Assembly: GCA_045603585.1 (NCBI GenBank)
Contig: JAZUMK010000030.1
Coordinates: forward strand, 6,607-70,606
Length of the DNA: 64,000 bases
From: Clostridia bacterium
Lineage (GTDB): Bacteria > Bacillota > Clostridia > Christensenellales > CAG-138
Direction of reading: 5' to 3'
The position numbers and the translations under genes are program-made. Each line of letters begins with the position of its first letter. The stretch's first letter is position 1. This document shows positions 16,329 through 25,791 of the stretch, piece by piece. Below the pieces are notes generated by a model. It was not told the DNA's origin and ran no database searches. It was given only the letters and a program-made list of their open reading frames with translations.

Positions 16329-17728
16329 GCACCACAAAGCTGACCTATGAAACCATAATGCGGGATATGGCGCAGGGTATAATCATCATCGATCTTGATG
16401 GTGCCATTACCTATGCCAATCCGGCTGCGGCCCGCATACTTGGACACAGTGAACAGGAATTGGTGGGGCAGAGCTTTGCCCGCTGTTCATTCTGCTTTGA
16501 GGGAAATGCATCCTTCAATCAGGCTATGCTGGATGCGGTATTCAGCGCTGCCCCTTCATACAGGGAAATAATCCCGTATTTTACCGGAGAAAGGTTCAAG
16601 CAGCTGTATGTTTCTACTTCCCACCTGAAAAACGATAACGGCGAAAAGGAAGGGATCATTGCGGCGCTGAGCGATGTGAGCGGCATTGTGGAGCTGGGAA
16701 ATACCGCAGAAGCGATAGAGTATATCCATGGCCTCAACAAAAAGCTGGAAATGCGCAACAACCTCCTCAGTGATACCTTTGGCCGCTTTCTTTCCGACGA
16801 GATAGTTCATCAGCTTCTGGAAACGCCGAACGGCCTTGAAATGGGCGGAAAGAAGCGCTTTCTTACCATTCTCATGAGCGATCTGCGGGGCTTTACCGCG
16901 TTGAGCGAAAGAATGGAGCCCCACGACCTGCTGGCAATGCTCAATCATTACTTTGGCGAGATGACCGAGATAATACAGCAAAGAAACGGCACCATTATAG
17001 AGTTCATGGGTGATGCCATAGTTGCCGTATTTGGCGCACCCCTTGCCTCTGACTGCCACGCCTCGGAGGCTGTGGCCGCAGCGGTGGAGATGCAGGCCAA
17101 GATGGAAGCGGTAAACCGGTGGAATCTTCAGCGGGGATATCCCAGGCTGGAAATGGGCATCGGCATCAATACCGGCGATGTTATCATCGGCAATATCGGC
17201 TCGGAAAAGCGTACAAAATACGGCGTAGTCGGCAAGAATGCCAATCTGTGCGGACGCATCGAAAGCTATACAGTGGGCGGGCAGATATTGATATCCCCCC
17301 AGACAAGGGAGCTTATCGGCGAGCCACTTGCGGTGGATAAGGAGCTGGTGGTATTTCCCAAAGGCATAGAGGCTCCTCTCGTGCTCACCAACGTTATGGG
17401 CATAGGCGGCAAATACGGCCTATCCTGTCAGCCTCAGGACGATGAAACCCTGATGCCTTTGGCCACCCCTTATAAGGTGGATTTTTACATCATCAAAGGC
17501 AAACACAGCGACCTTGAAGCGAACCGCGGCATAATCACCGCACTGTCTCCAAGGGAAGCAATACTGGAAACAAGCGCCGCCATAGAGGAATACGACAATC
17601 TGCATCTTGAGATAGGCGCAAAGCTGTTCTGCAAGGTAACGGCCGGGGAAGAGCGGGGCTGGAGGCTGCGCTTTACCGCAATACCTCCCGAGTTTGATGC
17701 ATGGTATAAAGATTGCATAAAATCCTGA
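16325..17728 (+). CDS. PAS-domain class III nucleotidyl cyclase
   Basis: The N-terminal PAS region reads GIIIIDLDGAITYANPAAARILG. The cyclase core has LTILMSDLRGFTAL, EFMGDAIVAVFGAP and GKNANLCGRIES. ATG 16325 overlaps the upstream stop by 4 nt. Confidence 0.85.
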   Translation: MSTTKLTYETIMRDMAQGIIIIDLDGAITYANPAAARILGHSEQELVGQSFARCSFCFEGNASFNQAMLDAVFSAAPSYREIIPYFTGERFKQLYVSTSHLKNDNGEKEGIIAALSDVSGIVELGNTAEAIEYIHGLNKKLEMRNNLLSDTFGRFLSDEIVHQLLETPNGLEMGGKKRFLTILMSDLRGFTALSERMEPHDLLAMLNHYFGEMTEIIQQRNGTIIEFMGDAIVAVFGAPLASDCHASEAVAAAVEMQAKMEAVNRWNLQRGYPRLEMGIGINTGDVIIGNIGSEKRTKYGVVGKNANLCGRIESYTVGGQILISPQTRELIGEPLAVDKELVVFPKGIEAPLVLTNVMGIGGKYGLSCQPQDDETLMPLATPYKVDFYIIKGKHSDLEANRGIITALSPREAILETSAAIEEYDNLHLEIGAKLFCKVTAGEERGWRLRFTAIPPEFDAWYKDCIKS

Positions 17729-17970
17729 AAAACGCCAAATGCTATGTATCGAGCGGTGGTTTAAGGCATTTATCCCGATATTGAACATAAAAATATGTCC
17801 GGTTTTTTAGGGATTTGTAAATAATGCCGAATTCCCTTGAAATTTCAGGGATAAACCACTAAAATGTACCATACACTCTTATGTGGGCTTTTATGGCTCG
17901 ATAGGTATGGCTGCGGATTATTTTAACTTATGTGATAATTTCAGTCAAAGGATGATTGGAGGGTATCGAG

Positions 17971-19860
17971 ATGAAACGTTTTATTGCTGTGCTGATTTGT
18001 GCGCTTATGCTTACAAGTCTGCTTCCGTCCGTTGCTTTTGCAGAGGAGGGCGGCGATCCCACTCAGCTGGAAGGGCAGCAGGAGGGCCAGAATCCTCCTG
18101 CAGTGGAGGACACGACTGAGGACAATTCCGATGAGGAGGAATCTGATGATTCTTCTGCGCCCGGGGAAAATAAGCGGCCTGATGAAAGCCTGAAGAAGGG
18201 ACTCGAGCTTACCAGCAGCGATCCTGCATCGACGACAGAGACCGTTACCATTAATGCAGGAGCTACTCCTTCTGCTGCAGGTTCTGTAACAGGCAGCGGC
18301 ACTTATGATAAGGGTACACAGGTGACTGTTACAGCTACTGCAAACGAAGGCTATGTTTTCGTTGCATGGAAGGAAAACGGCGGCGTTCTGACTACTGAGG
18401 CTACCTACACCTTCACTGCTGAAAAGGACAGGGAAATTTTTGCAAAGTTTGAACCTAAGCCCCAGGCAAACTGCGTTATTTCCGCATCTGCTACTCCCTC
18501 CGGAGCAGGCTCCGTAACCGGCGGCGGCACCTATGCCAACGGTGCAACGGTTACCCTTACTGCAACAGCAAATGCTGATTATGTGTTTGCAGCATGGACA
18601 GAGAACGGTGCAGAAGTAAGCTCTGATGCAACCTATTCATTTACTGCACAGACCAACCGTACCCTTTTTGCAAAGTTTGAGCCAAAGCCTCAGGATAACT
18701 GTGTCATCACTGCAACAGCAACACCCTCCGAAGCGGGTACTGTAACCGGTGGCGGAACCTACACCAACGGCAAAACCGTTACCCTTACTGCCACAGCAAA
18801 TGAATACTATGAGTTTGTTGCATGGACAGAGAACGGCGCAGAAGTAAGCACTGCGGACACCTATACTTTTACCGCAAAGACCAACCGCAGCCTTGTTGCA
18901 AGATTCAAGGCAAAGGAACAGGTTAACTGTGTTATTACTGCAACAGCAACACCCTCTGAAGCGGGTACTGTAAACGGTGCAGGTAACTATAATAATGGTG
19001 CAGAAGTTCAACTTACCGCTACTCCAAATACCGGCTATAAGTTTGTTGCGTGGACGGAAAATGGAGCAGTAGTAAGCAACAATGCTGCTTATACCTTTAC
19101 CGCATCGACCAACCGCAGCCTTGTGGCCAAGTTCGAGGAAGAAGCTGCCCCCACCAAGGCCAAAACCACCACCAACATCACTGCTTCCTGCAGCAAGGTG
19201 ACCCGCGGCTGCGCCGTTACGTTCAGTGTCACCGTAAAGGATGCAAGCGGCAAGAATGTTACCGACGGATATGTTCAGCTTTATGTAAACGGCGTGGCGG
19301 TCGGATCTGCCGTTAAGGCGGGCAAGGGCATCACATGGAAGCTCACCGCCGCCGAAAAGACCAAGTTCGTTCTGGGCGATAATGTTATCAAGGCCGTATA
19401 CGGCGGCACAGATACGCTGGCACCTTCCGAGGATGCCGCTGCTGTAAAGATGGTAAAGCCCTCCAAGCATTACAAGCCCTGCTGCAATATAGACCATCAT
19501 TCCGGCAAGTGCGTTAACGTATGCCCCGGCGAAGATGTAACCTTCAAGGTAAACCTGTCCTGCGGCGAAACCTGTCAGTGGTATGTTGACAAGGGAGACG
19601 GCTGCGGCTATGTAAGGATCAAGGGCGCAATCTGCCACAGCTATACCGTTAAGGATGTTACAAGCAGGATGGATGGATACAGGTATCGCTGCGTCATCAG
19701 GAATTCCTGCGGAATAGTGGAAACTCCCACATTCACCCTCAATATCGCCTGCGGTACACTGGCTACTCCCAAGACCGGCGATATGGGACTGCTGAGCCCC
19801 GCTGCCGCCATGGGTGCAGCAGCTGTATGCATGCTGAAGCGCCGCAGGGATGAGGAATAA
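17971..19860 (+). CDS. Cell-surface protein: signal peptide, acidic linker, four ~76-aa beta-rich repeats, Ig-like regions, C-terminal PKTGD sorting signal
   Basis: The signal peptide is MKRFIAVLICALMLTSLLPSVAFA. The repeats follow the pattern GxVTGxGxYxxGxxVxLTATANxGYxFxAWxENG. The C-terminus is TPKTGD followed by a hydrophobic segment and KRRRDEE. Confidence 0.8.
   Translation: MKRFIAVLICALMLTSLLPSVAFAEEGGDPTQLEGQQEGQNPPAVEDTTEDNSDEEESDDSSAPGENKRPDESLKKGLELTSSDPASTTETVTINAGATPSAAGSVTGSGTYDKGTQVTVTATANEGYVFVAWKENGGVLTTEATYTFTAEKDREIFAKFEPKPQANCVISASATPSGAGSVTGGGTYANGATVTLTATANADYVFAAWTENGAEVSSDATYSFTAQTNRTLFAKFEPKPQDNCVITATATPSEAGTVTGGGTYTNGKTVTLTATANEYYEFVAWTENGAEVSTADTYTFTAKTNRSLVARFKAKEQVNCVITATATPSEAGTVNGAGNYNNGAEVQLTATPNTGYKFVAWTENGAVVSNNAAYTFTASTNRSLVAKFEEEAAPTKAKTTTNITASCSKVTRGCAVTFSVTVKDASGKNVTDGYVQLYVNGVAVGSAVKAGKGITWKLTAAEKTKFVLGDNVIKAVYGGTDTLAPSEDAAAVKMVKPSKHYKPCCNIDHHSGKCVNVCPGEDVTFKVNLSCGETCQWYVDKGDGCGYVRIKGAICHSYTVKDVTSRMDGYRYRCVIRNSCGIVETPTFTLNIACGTLATPKTGDMGLLSPAAAMGAAAVCMLKRRRDEE
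18247..19144 (+). repeat. Four tandem 228-bp (76-aa) intragenic repeats
   Basis: Repeat units start at about 18247, 18475, 18703 and 18931. The period was verified at the codon level (VISASATPS / VITATATPS / VITATATPS). Confidence 0.9.
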
Positions 19861-19887
19861 ATGATTTTATAATCAGATAAGTTTCAT

Positions 19888-19922
19888 AAAAGTGCGAAGA
19901 AATAATTCTTCGCACTTTTTGT
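19888..19922 (+). terminator. Intrinsic terminator
   Basis: AGTGCGAAGAA-ataa-TTCTTCGCACT followed by TTTTTG. Confidence 0.85.
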
Positions 19923-20070
19923 ATGCTGCGAAAAATACATTCACATCAACTGAAATGTACTTATATATTTGTTTTCCCACAAAATCTGCTATAATTAATA
20001 ATATAAAGCATTAATTCGCCATGATGAGCGCATGTATCGGGCGATTTGATACAAAAGGGGTATTTGCGTA

Positions 20071-21843
20071 ATGGATATATCCAATACCATAGCATTGCTG
20101 GGCGGCCTGGCGTTCTTTCTCTTTGGCATGAGCCTGCTCGGAGAAGGATTAAAAAGGGTTGCGGGCAAAAAGCTGGAGATGATCTTAGGAAAACTCACAT
20201 CCACCACCCTGCGCGGGGTGATGCTGGGTACTCTGGTTACTGCGTTGATACAGTCATCTTCGGCAACTACCGTAATGGTGGTAGGCTTTGTCAATTCCGG
20301 CCTTATGAAGCTGACAAATGCCATAGGTATAATCATGGGCGCAAATATCGGTACAACTGCCACGGGCTGGATACTGGTACTGGCGGGCGTTGAGGGGAAT
20401 TCCGCATTTTCCTCTGCAACCGTGTTTGCCCTTATGGCTTTTATCGGCATAATACTTTATTTCTTCTGCAAAAAGACCACCCGCAAAAACGTGGGCATGA
20501 TACTGCTGGCCTTTTCCGTGCTTATGAACGGAATGCAGACCATGAGCGGCGCCATGGCTCCTCTTAAGGAGAGCGAGGCATTCCTTGGGTTTATCTCTGC
20601 GGTATCCAATCCGTTTGTGGCCATAGGCGTGGGCATCATAGTAACTGCCATAATACAGAGCTGCTCCGCATCCATAGGTATTCTGCAGGCAATGTCCGTT
20701 ACCGGCGTTATCGGCTATGAAATAGCCATACCAATGGTACTGGGCATGTGCATTGGCGCCTGTGCTCCGGTTCTGATCTCAGCAATAGGCGCAAATGTCA
20801 GCGGCAAGCGCGCGGCAGCAATATACCTGATATTTAATATTGCCGGCTCTGTTATGCTGATGGTTCCGTTCTATATTATCAATGCAGTTGCAGGCTTTGA
20901 TTTTATGGGTGCTCCTGCAACCAGCATGGGAATAGCCATTGTAAATACCATATACAAGGTAGTGGCCACCATGCTGCTCATACCCTTTGCAGGAGTGCTA
21001 GAAAAAACCGTATGCGCTATCGTAAAGGAAAAGAGCGGAGATGAAGATCTTATCCCCGAGGATGACCTTCTGGATGAGCGTTTTCTGGATTATCCCGCCC
21101 TTGCGCTGGAGCGCTGCGGACAGACCCTGCAAATGATGACGGAAACCGCCTTTAAGAACCTTCGCAAGGCCATAGAGCTGTTTGAAAACTACACGCCGGA
21201 GGGCTTCAATAAGGTTCAGCGACGTGAGGAAAAGGTGGACAGGTATGAGGACGCATTGGGCGCATATCTTGTTCAGCTGAATTCACGTGAGCTTTCCATG
21301 GAGGAAACGCGAACTGCGGCAATATATCTCAGCAGTTTGAGCAACCTTGAGCGCATATCGGATCACGCCGTCAATCTTTCCGAGTTGGCTCAGGAGCTGG
21401 CGGATAAGGGTATATCCTTCTCTGTACAGGCCATGAAGGAATTGCGAATCTGCGCCGATGCGGTGCTGGAAATACTGGATATTACCCAGCTGGCAATACA
21501 GAATAACGACCCTGAGCAGGCCGGCATGGTAGAGCCCCTTGAAGAGGTTATAGATGCCCTCAGGGACAGGGTAAAGGAGCGGCACATCAGCAGATTGCAG
21601 GCAGGCAAATGCACCCTTGAGCTGGGCTTCATATTCAACGACTGCATACATAACTTTGAGCGTACGGCGGATCACTGCTCCAATATTGCAGTATCGATAC
21701 TTGAGAACTTTGACGGCCAGATGCAGGCTCACAAATACCTGCGCACCTTCAAACAGGAAAACAGAGAGGAATACGGCATACGCCTTGCAGCCAACGTGAA
21801 AAAGTACTGCGATGTACTTGAGGCGTTGGATGTGATCGAATAA
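20071..21843 (+). CDS. Na/Pi cotransporter family protein with C-terminal PhoU-like domains
   Basis: The 590-aa protein has an N-terminal polytopic part with duplicated QSSSATT / QSCSASI motifs and a soluble helical C-terminal half. Confidence 0.88.
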   Translation: MDISNTIALLGGLAFFLFGMSLLGEGLKRVAGKKLEMILGKLTSTTLRGVMLGTLVTALIQSSSATTVMVVGFVNSGLMKLTNAIGIIMGANIGTTATGWILVLAGVEGNSAFSSATVFALMAFIGIILYFFCKKTTRKNVGMILLAFSVLMNGMQTMSGAMAPLKESEAFLGFISAVSNPFVAIGVGIIVTAIIQSCSASIGILQAMSVTGVIGYEIAIPMVLGMCIGACAPVLISAIGANVSGKRAAAIYLIFNIAGSVMLMVPFYIINAVAGFDFMGAPATSMGIAIVNTIYKVVATMLLIPFAGVLEKTVCAIVKEKSGDEDLIPEDDLLDERFLDYPALALERCGQTLQMMTETAFKNLRKAIELFENYTPEGFNKVQRREEKVDRYEDALGAYLVQLNSRELSMEETRTAAIYLSSLSNLERISDHAVNLSELAQELADKGISFSVQAMKELRICADAVLEILDITQLAIQNNDPEQAGMVEPLEEVIDALRDRVKERHISRLQAGKCTLELGFIFNDCIHNFERTADHCSNIAVSILENFDGQMQAHKYLRTFKQENREEYGIRLAANVKKYCDVLEALDVIE

Positions 21844-21946
21844 CCTATAAAACCAACAACAAGCAAAGCGGCTTTTCCGTTAACGGAAAAGCCTCTTTGA
21901 ATAGATATAATGCGAACCGCAGTTTTGGTATGGTTAAAAGTGAACT

Positions 21947-22867
21947 TTATACAGCCGCACAAACCAACTCTAAAATATGCATGCACAGGGGAATGGTTAT
22001 AAGGCAGCCAACGGTGGAGATCATGGCCATGGAAGCGCCGAGGCGGCAATCTTCTCCGATCATTTTGGGAAAAACGATGGTATTAAGTCCGCAGGGCATG
22101 GCATAGAGCAGTACGGCAACCATCAGGATTTCCTTGCTGATAAATGGGCTGAGTACGAGACACATGGCGATAGGGATAAGGAGCAGACGGAAAAGCACAA
22201 CGAAGTAGGCTGTTTTGTTTTTTATAAGCTCCCTGATGTTATAGTCTGAAATAGTGATGCCGGCCAGCAGCATACTGATTGGGCCCATGCAGCTGGAACC
22301 GCTGGAGGCTATTTTTGCAGCAACGGCAGGAAGCTCCAGTTCTGTAAGACCGAATACAGCGCCTATGGCCATACCCACAAGGGAGGGGCTGATGATTTTT
22401 CGCAAGGAAACAGAGTCTGCATTGGTGAGGGAGCGGTAACCTTCCGTGGATAAATAAATGGTCATTGGAATAGCAAATACCTGAGCATTGAGCAGCATGA
22501 TATCCCCATAGACACTTTGAACCAGCGGATAGCCCACATATCCAAAGTTAGGTACAGTCAGGGTATATTTGATGACATTCTGGCGGTATTTGCCGCTGAT
22601 AAACCTGGGAACCAGCAGATAGTTCAAAAGTATTAAAGCTAAAAGTATGCAGGCAGAGATAAGTATCAGCATATACCTTTCCCTGACATATTCTGCTGTA
22701 AAGTTCCTGGAAAAGCTGTTCAGCGAATTACATGGCAGAAAAACCCAAACCTCAAGAACAGAAAGAATTCTGAGATTCTGGGTGCTGAGGAGGTGACGGT
22801 TGCCCAAAAGCCATCCAATGAAGGAAAAAATCAAAAGAACCAGCACATTTTCAGCCAAAGCTTGCAT
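21947..22867 (-). CDS. AEC (auxin efflux carrier) family permease
   Basis: It is a polytopic membrane protein of about 306 aa. I prefer ATG 22867 (MQALAENV) because a GGAG lies 8 nt upstream. Confidence 0.8.
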   Translation of the reverse strand: MQALAENVLVLLIFSFIGWLLGNRHLLSTQNLRILSVLEVWVFLPCNSLNSFSRNFTAEYVRERYMLILISACILLALILLNYLLVPRFISGKYRQNVIKYTLTVPNFGYVGYPLVQSVYGDIMLLNAQVFAIPMTIYLSTEGYRSLTNADSVSLRKIISPSLVGMAIGAVFGLTELELPAVAAKIASSGSSCMGPISMLLAGITISDYNIRELIKNKTAYFVVLFRLLLIPIAMCLVLSPFISKEILMVAVLLYAMPCGLNTIVFPKMIGEDCRLGASMAMISTVGCLITIPLCMHILELVCAAV

Positions 22868-22939
22868 AAATATCACTCCTGAGATATTATACCGGATTTT
22901 TACGCTAAAGCACCGAAACCCAGCTCGGTGCTTTTAGTC

Positions 22940-23917
22940 TTAAGATAACGCTGTATAGGTGGGGCGCTGAGCGTCACCCACTCTTTGAATTTTGCCATTC
23001 ATGTAAAGATGCTGCAAATGTGACAGCGCTTCGCCGCAGGCAAACCATTTCTGCATCAGCGGGAAGTCAGCAAAGGTGTTGCGAATGGACCATGTCATTT
23101 GTGAAGCAACCTGGAAAGCGCTCAAGGGCTTGTCTGCTTTGCTCAGTATGTCAATAACCTCGTTCAAACGCACTTCATGGTGATCCATAAGCTGCTGAAT
23201 GCGCTGCTGCGGATCATCGGGCAGCTCGCGGTGTGCTGTAAAGAGGCGATTGATGGTATAGCTCTGCAGCTTTTTAAGGTTGGCAAGGTAAATGCCGAGA
23301 TAGTCATTTTCCATATCCCATGCCATGATATTCGGCGTGATGCGGCCAAGAACATGGTCGCCGCAGAACAGGTTGCCGTTTTCGGGATCATAAAGACCGA
23401 CCTGTCCCGGAGAGTGACCGCTCAAATCCAGCACTTCAAAATTAAAATCGCCTACGGATAATGTATCACCGGGGGCAACATATGTGAAATCTACAATAAA
23501 TTCGGGCTTATGCACATACGCAACATGGTTTTTACCCAGAAGGGATTCTTCCGGAGGGGTCCCTGCAATACGGTTGATTTCCGTAATGAAATCAAAGAAC
23601 TCCGCATTTTGGAAGCGATTGATCAAGGCTCCGTCGAGCCTGCTGGTATATATATGGTTATTGGAGGTTTTCAGCTTGGCGATCAAACCGCTGTGGTCAG
23701 CGTGCAGGTGTGTGACGAATACATCGGTTTTGTCGGGATCAAAATCCAATTCACGCATGCATTTCTGCATGATGTCCCAGCTTTCCTCGGTGTTAAAGGC
23801 AGTGTCGATGATGAGGTTTCTGGAATCGCCCTTGATAAAGTAGGAATTGATCCACTTCAACGGGCTGTTGACCAGCGGGATAGGGGCGGTAAAGACGTTT
23901 TTACATAATTCTTGCAT
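22940..23917 (-). CDS. MBL-fold metallo-hydrolase
   Basis: It has the metal-binding motif THLHADHSG, with further downstream His/Asp residues that may complete the site. Confidence 0.85.
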   Translation of the reverse strand: MQELCKNVFTAPIPLVNSPLKWINSYFIKGDSRNLIIDTAFNTEESWDIMQKCMRELDFDPDKTDVFVTHLHADHSGLIAKLKTSNNHIYTSRLDGALINRFQNAEFFDFITEINRIAGTPPEESLLGKNHVAYVHKPEFIVDFTYVAPGDTLSVGDFNFEVLDLSGHSPGQVGLYDPENGNLFCGDHVLGRITPNIMAWDMENDYLGIYLANLKKLQSYTINRLFTAHRELPDDPQQRIQQLMDHHEVRLNEVIDILSKADKPLSAFQVASQMTWSIRNTFADFPLMQKWFACGEALSHLQHLYMNGKIQRVGDAQRPTYTALS

Positions 23918-23939
23918 GTGCGTTATTCTCCGGAAATTT

Positions 23940-24515
23940 CTAGAGTTCGCTTAGTTTTGAGGCAAATTCTCTGGCGTGCGCTTCCTTTTCGGCGTCCATA
24001 AATACGCTTTTATAGCCAAGGTCGCGCTCTGCAAGCATGCCCACATATTCAAGAGCAGAATGCTTGCAATAGCGTATTACACCGGTCTCCCATGTATCAG
24101 CACCCTTTTCAGGGCGATAGCCGCATGTGGTTATAAGGGCCACCTTCTTGCCTGCCCATATAGAGGGCCCTTTTTCATCGCCGTAGTATTTGTTCATGCC
24201 ATATACCAATCTATCCAGTACAGCCTTCATGGGAGGCGTGCAGTACCAGGAGTATATGGGGGTTGCAAGTACCAGCATATCGCAGCTGAGCACGCTGTCA
24301 AATATTTCCTGCATATCATCCTTCTGGGGGCAGCCGAATATGCTCCAATCCCTTTGACAGGAGCGGCAGGCATGGCAAGGCTGCAGGTTTTTGTCGTATA
24401 GCCATATAAGCTCACAATCACAACCTTTTTTCTGCATTTCATCCATAAAGGGACGCAGAAGCTGAATGGTATTGCCTTCTTTACGAGGACTGCCCATCAA
24501 AATACATACGCGCAT
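23940..24515 (-). CDS. Flavodoxin-like NAD(P)H-dependent FMN reductase / iron-sulfur flavoprotein-like
   Basis: The N-terminus is MRVCILMGSPRKEGNT, a flavodoxin-like fold, and there is a Cys cluster CHACRSC. Confidence 0.75.
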   Translation of the reverse strand: MRVCILMGSPRKEGNTIQLLRPFMDEMQKKGCDCELIWLYDKNLQPCHACRSCQRDWSIFGCPQKDDMQEIFDSVLSCDMLVLATPIYSWYCTPPMKAVLDRLVYGMNKYYGDEKGPSIWAGKKVALITTCGYRPEKGADTWETGVIRYCKHSALEYVGMLAERDLGYKSVFMDAEKEAHAREFASKLSEL

Positions 24516-24588
24516 AATATTTTCCTTTCTGCAAAGCTGCTTGTCAAACATGCTCTTTTATTTGAAGTAATCCATATTCCCTAATAAG

Positions 24589-24625
24589 GAATGACCCGGA
24601 TAAGATGGGGATATCCGGGTCATTA
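24589..24625 (-). terminator. Strong hairpin ending the 12-gene acyl-CoA operon
   Basis: The 13-bp perfect stem AATGACCCGGATA...TATCCGGGTCATT lies about 45 nt downstream of the etfA stop. The U-run is weak. Confidence 0.55.
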
Positions 24626-24667
24626 TTTACCGACAGGAGATCGGTCTCAACGATAACTTGTGTCTGT

Positions 24668-25774
24668 CTATTTGCCGGCCTTTGCTGCCTTAACGGCTTC
24701 GGTCAGCATGGGGGCGACCTTGAACAGGTCACCTACGATGCCGTAGGATGCAACCTCAAAGATGGGTGCATCGGCATTCTTGTTCACGGCGATGATGCAC
24801 TCGGAATCCTGCATACCTGCGCGATGCTGAATGGCGCCGGAAATGCCCAGAGCAACATAGATGCGGGGATGTACGGTCTTGCCGGTCTGACCAACCTGGT
24901 GATCGGCGCTTATCCAGCCGGAGTCAACGCAGGCACGGGAAGAACCAACTACGCCGCCCAGAGCATCTGCCAGTTCCTGTGCAAGGGCGATGCCCTTTTC
25001 GGGATCCTTGCTGATGCCGCGGCCTACGGAAACGATAACATCGGCACCGATAAGGTCTACCAGTTTCTTGGCAACCTTCTGCACTTCGAGAACTTCAACA
25101 TGAATATCGGAAGCGCTGAGCTGTACGTCCACGTTTTCGATCACGGTCTTTGCTGCGCCTGCCTCATCGTAGGGCTGGGTCTGCATAACGCCGGGGCGAA
25201 CGGTGGACATCTGGGGACGGAAACGGGGGCAGATAATGGTAGCCATCAGGTGACCGCCGAATGCGGGACGGGTCATCTTCAGGTTGGTGTTCTGCTCAAA
25301 TTCGGTGTTGTCCACATCAATGGTGGAGGTGGTCTTAAGGAAGTCCTTGTACTTATCCACGTCTACATCCAGATGGGTGCAGTCTGCGGTAAGGCCGGTG
25401 TGCAGCCTTGCTGCGCAGCGGGGGCCAAGGTCACGGCCCAGATTAGTTGCGCCGATGAGGAATATCTCAGGCAGTTTATCCTGAATAAGGTCGCAAATTA
25501 CCTTGGTATAGCCGTCGGTGGTATAGTCCTTAAGCAGGGGGCTGTTGCAGTAGTAAACCTTATCTGCACCATAGCCGCCGAGGGACTTTATCTGAGCTTC
25601 TTCTATATCGGAGCCGAGAAGTACACCGCACAGTTCAACGCCCAGGTCATTGGCCAGCTTGCGTCCTTCGGAGAGCAGCTGGTGGCTAATGGACATTATA
25701 ACGCCGTCGCGCTGTTCGCAGAAAACCCATACGCCCTTGAAGGCAGCGGTATCATAGGATTTGAATTCAGCCAT
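24668..25774 (-). CDS. etfA: Electron transfer flavoprotein alpha subunit
   Basis: The 368-aa protein has a C-terminal FAD-binding region (IYVALGISGAIQHRAGM) and an EtfB partner immediately upstream. Confidence 0.9.
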   Translation of the reverse strand: MAEFKSYDTAAFKGVWVFCEQRDGVIMSISHQLLSEGRKLANDLGVELCGVLLGSDIEEAQIKSLGGYGADKVYYCNSPLLKDYTTDGYTKVICDLIQDKLPEIFLIGATNLGRDLGPRCAARLHTGLTADCTHLDVDVDKYKDFLKTTSTIDVDNTEFEQNTNLKMTRPAFGGHLMATIICPRFRPQMSTVRPGVMQTQPYDEAGAAKTVIENVDVQLSASDIHVEVLEVQKVAKKLVDLIGADVIVSVGRGISKDPEKGIALAQELADALGGVVGSSRACVDSGWISADHQVGQTGKTVHPRIYVALGISGAIQHRAGMQDSECIIAVNKNADAPIFEVASYGIVGDLFKVAPMLTEAVKAAKAGK

Positions 25775-25791
25775 TGTTCCAGTCTCCTCTC

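Noticed and set aside
14509-17728. The cyclic-nucleotide operon as a Pycsar/CBASS-like antiphage system.
   Set aside because: The cNMP-binding proteins carry no TM, TIR, nuclease or other killing domain. The cyclase has a PAS sensor typical of housekeeping signalling. No other defence genes or mobile-element context lie nearby.
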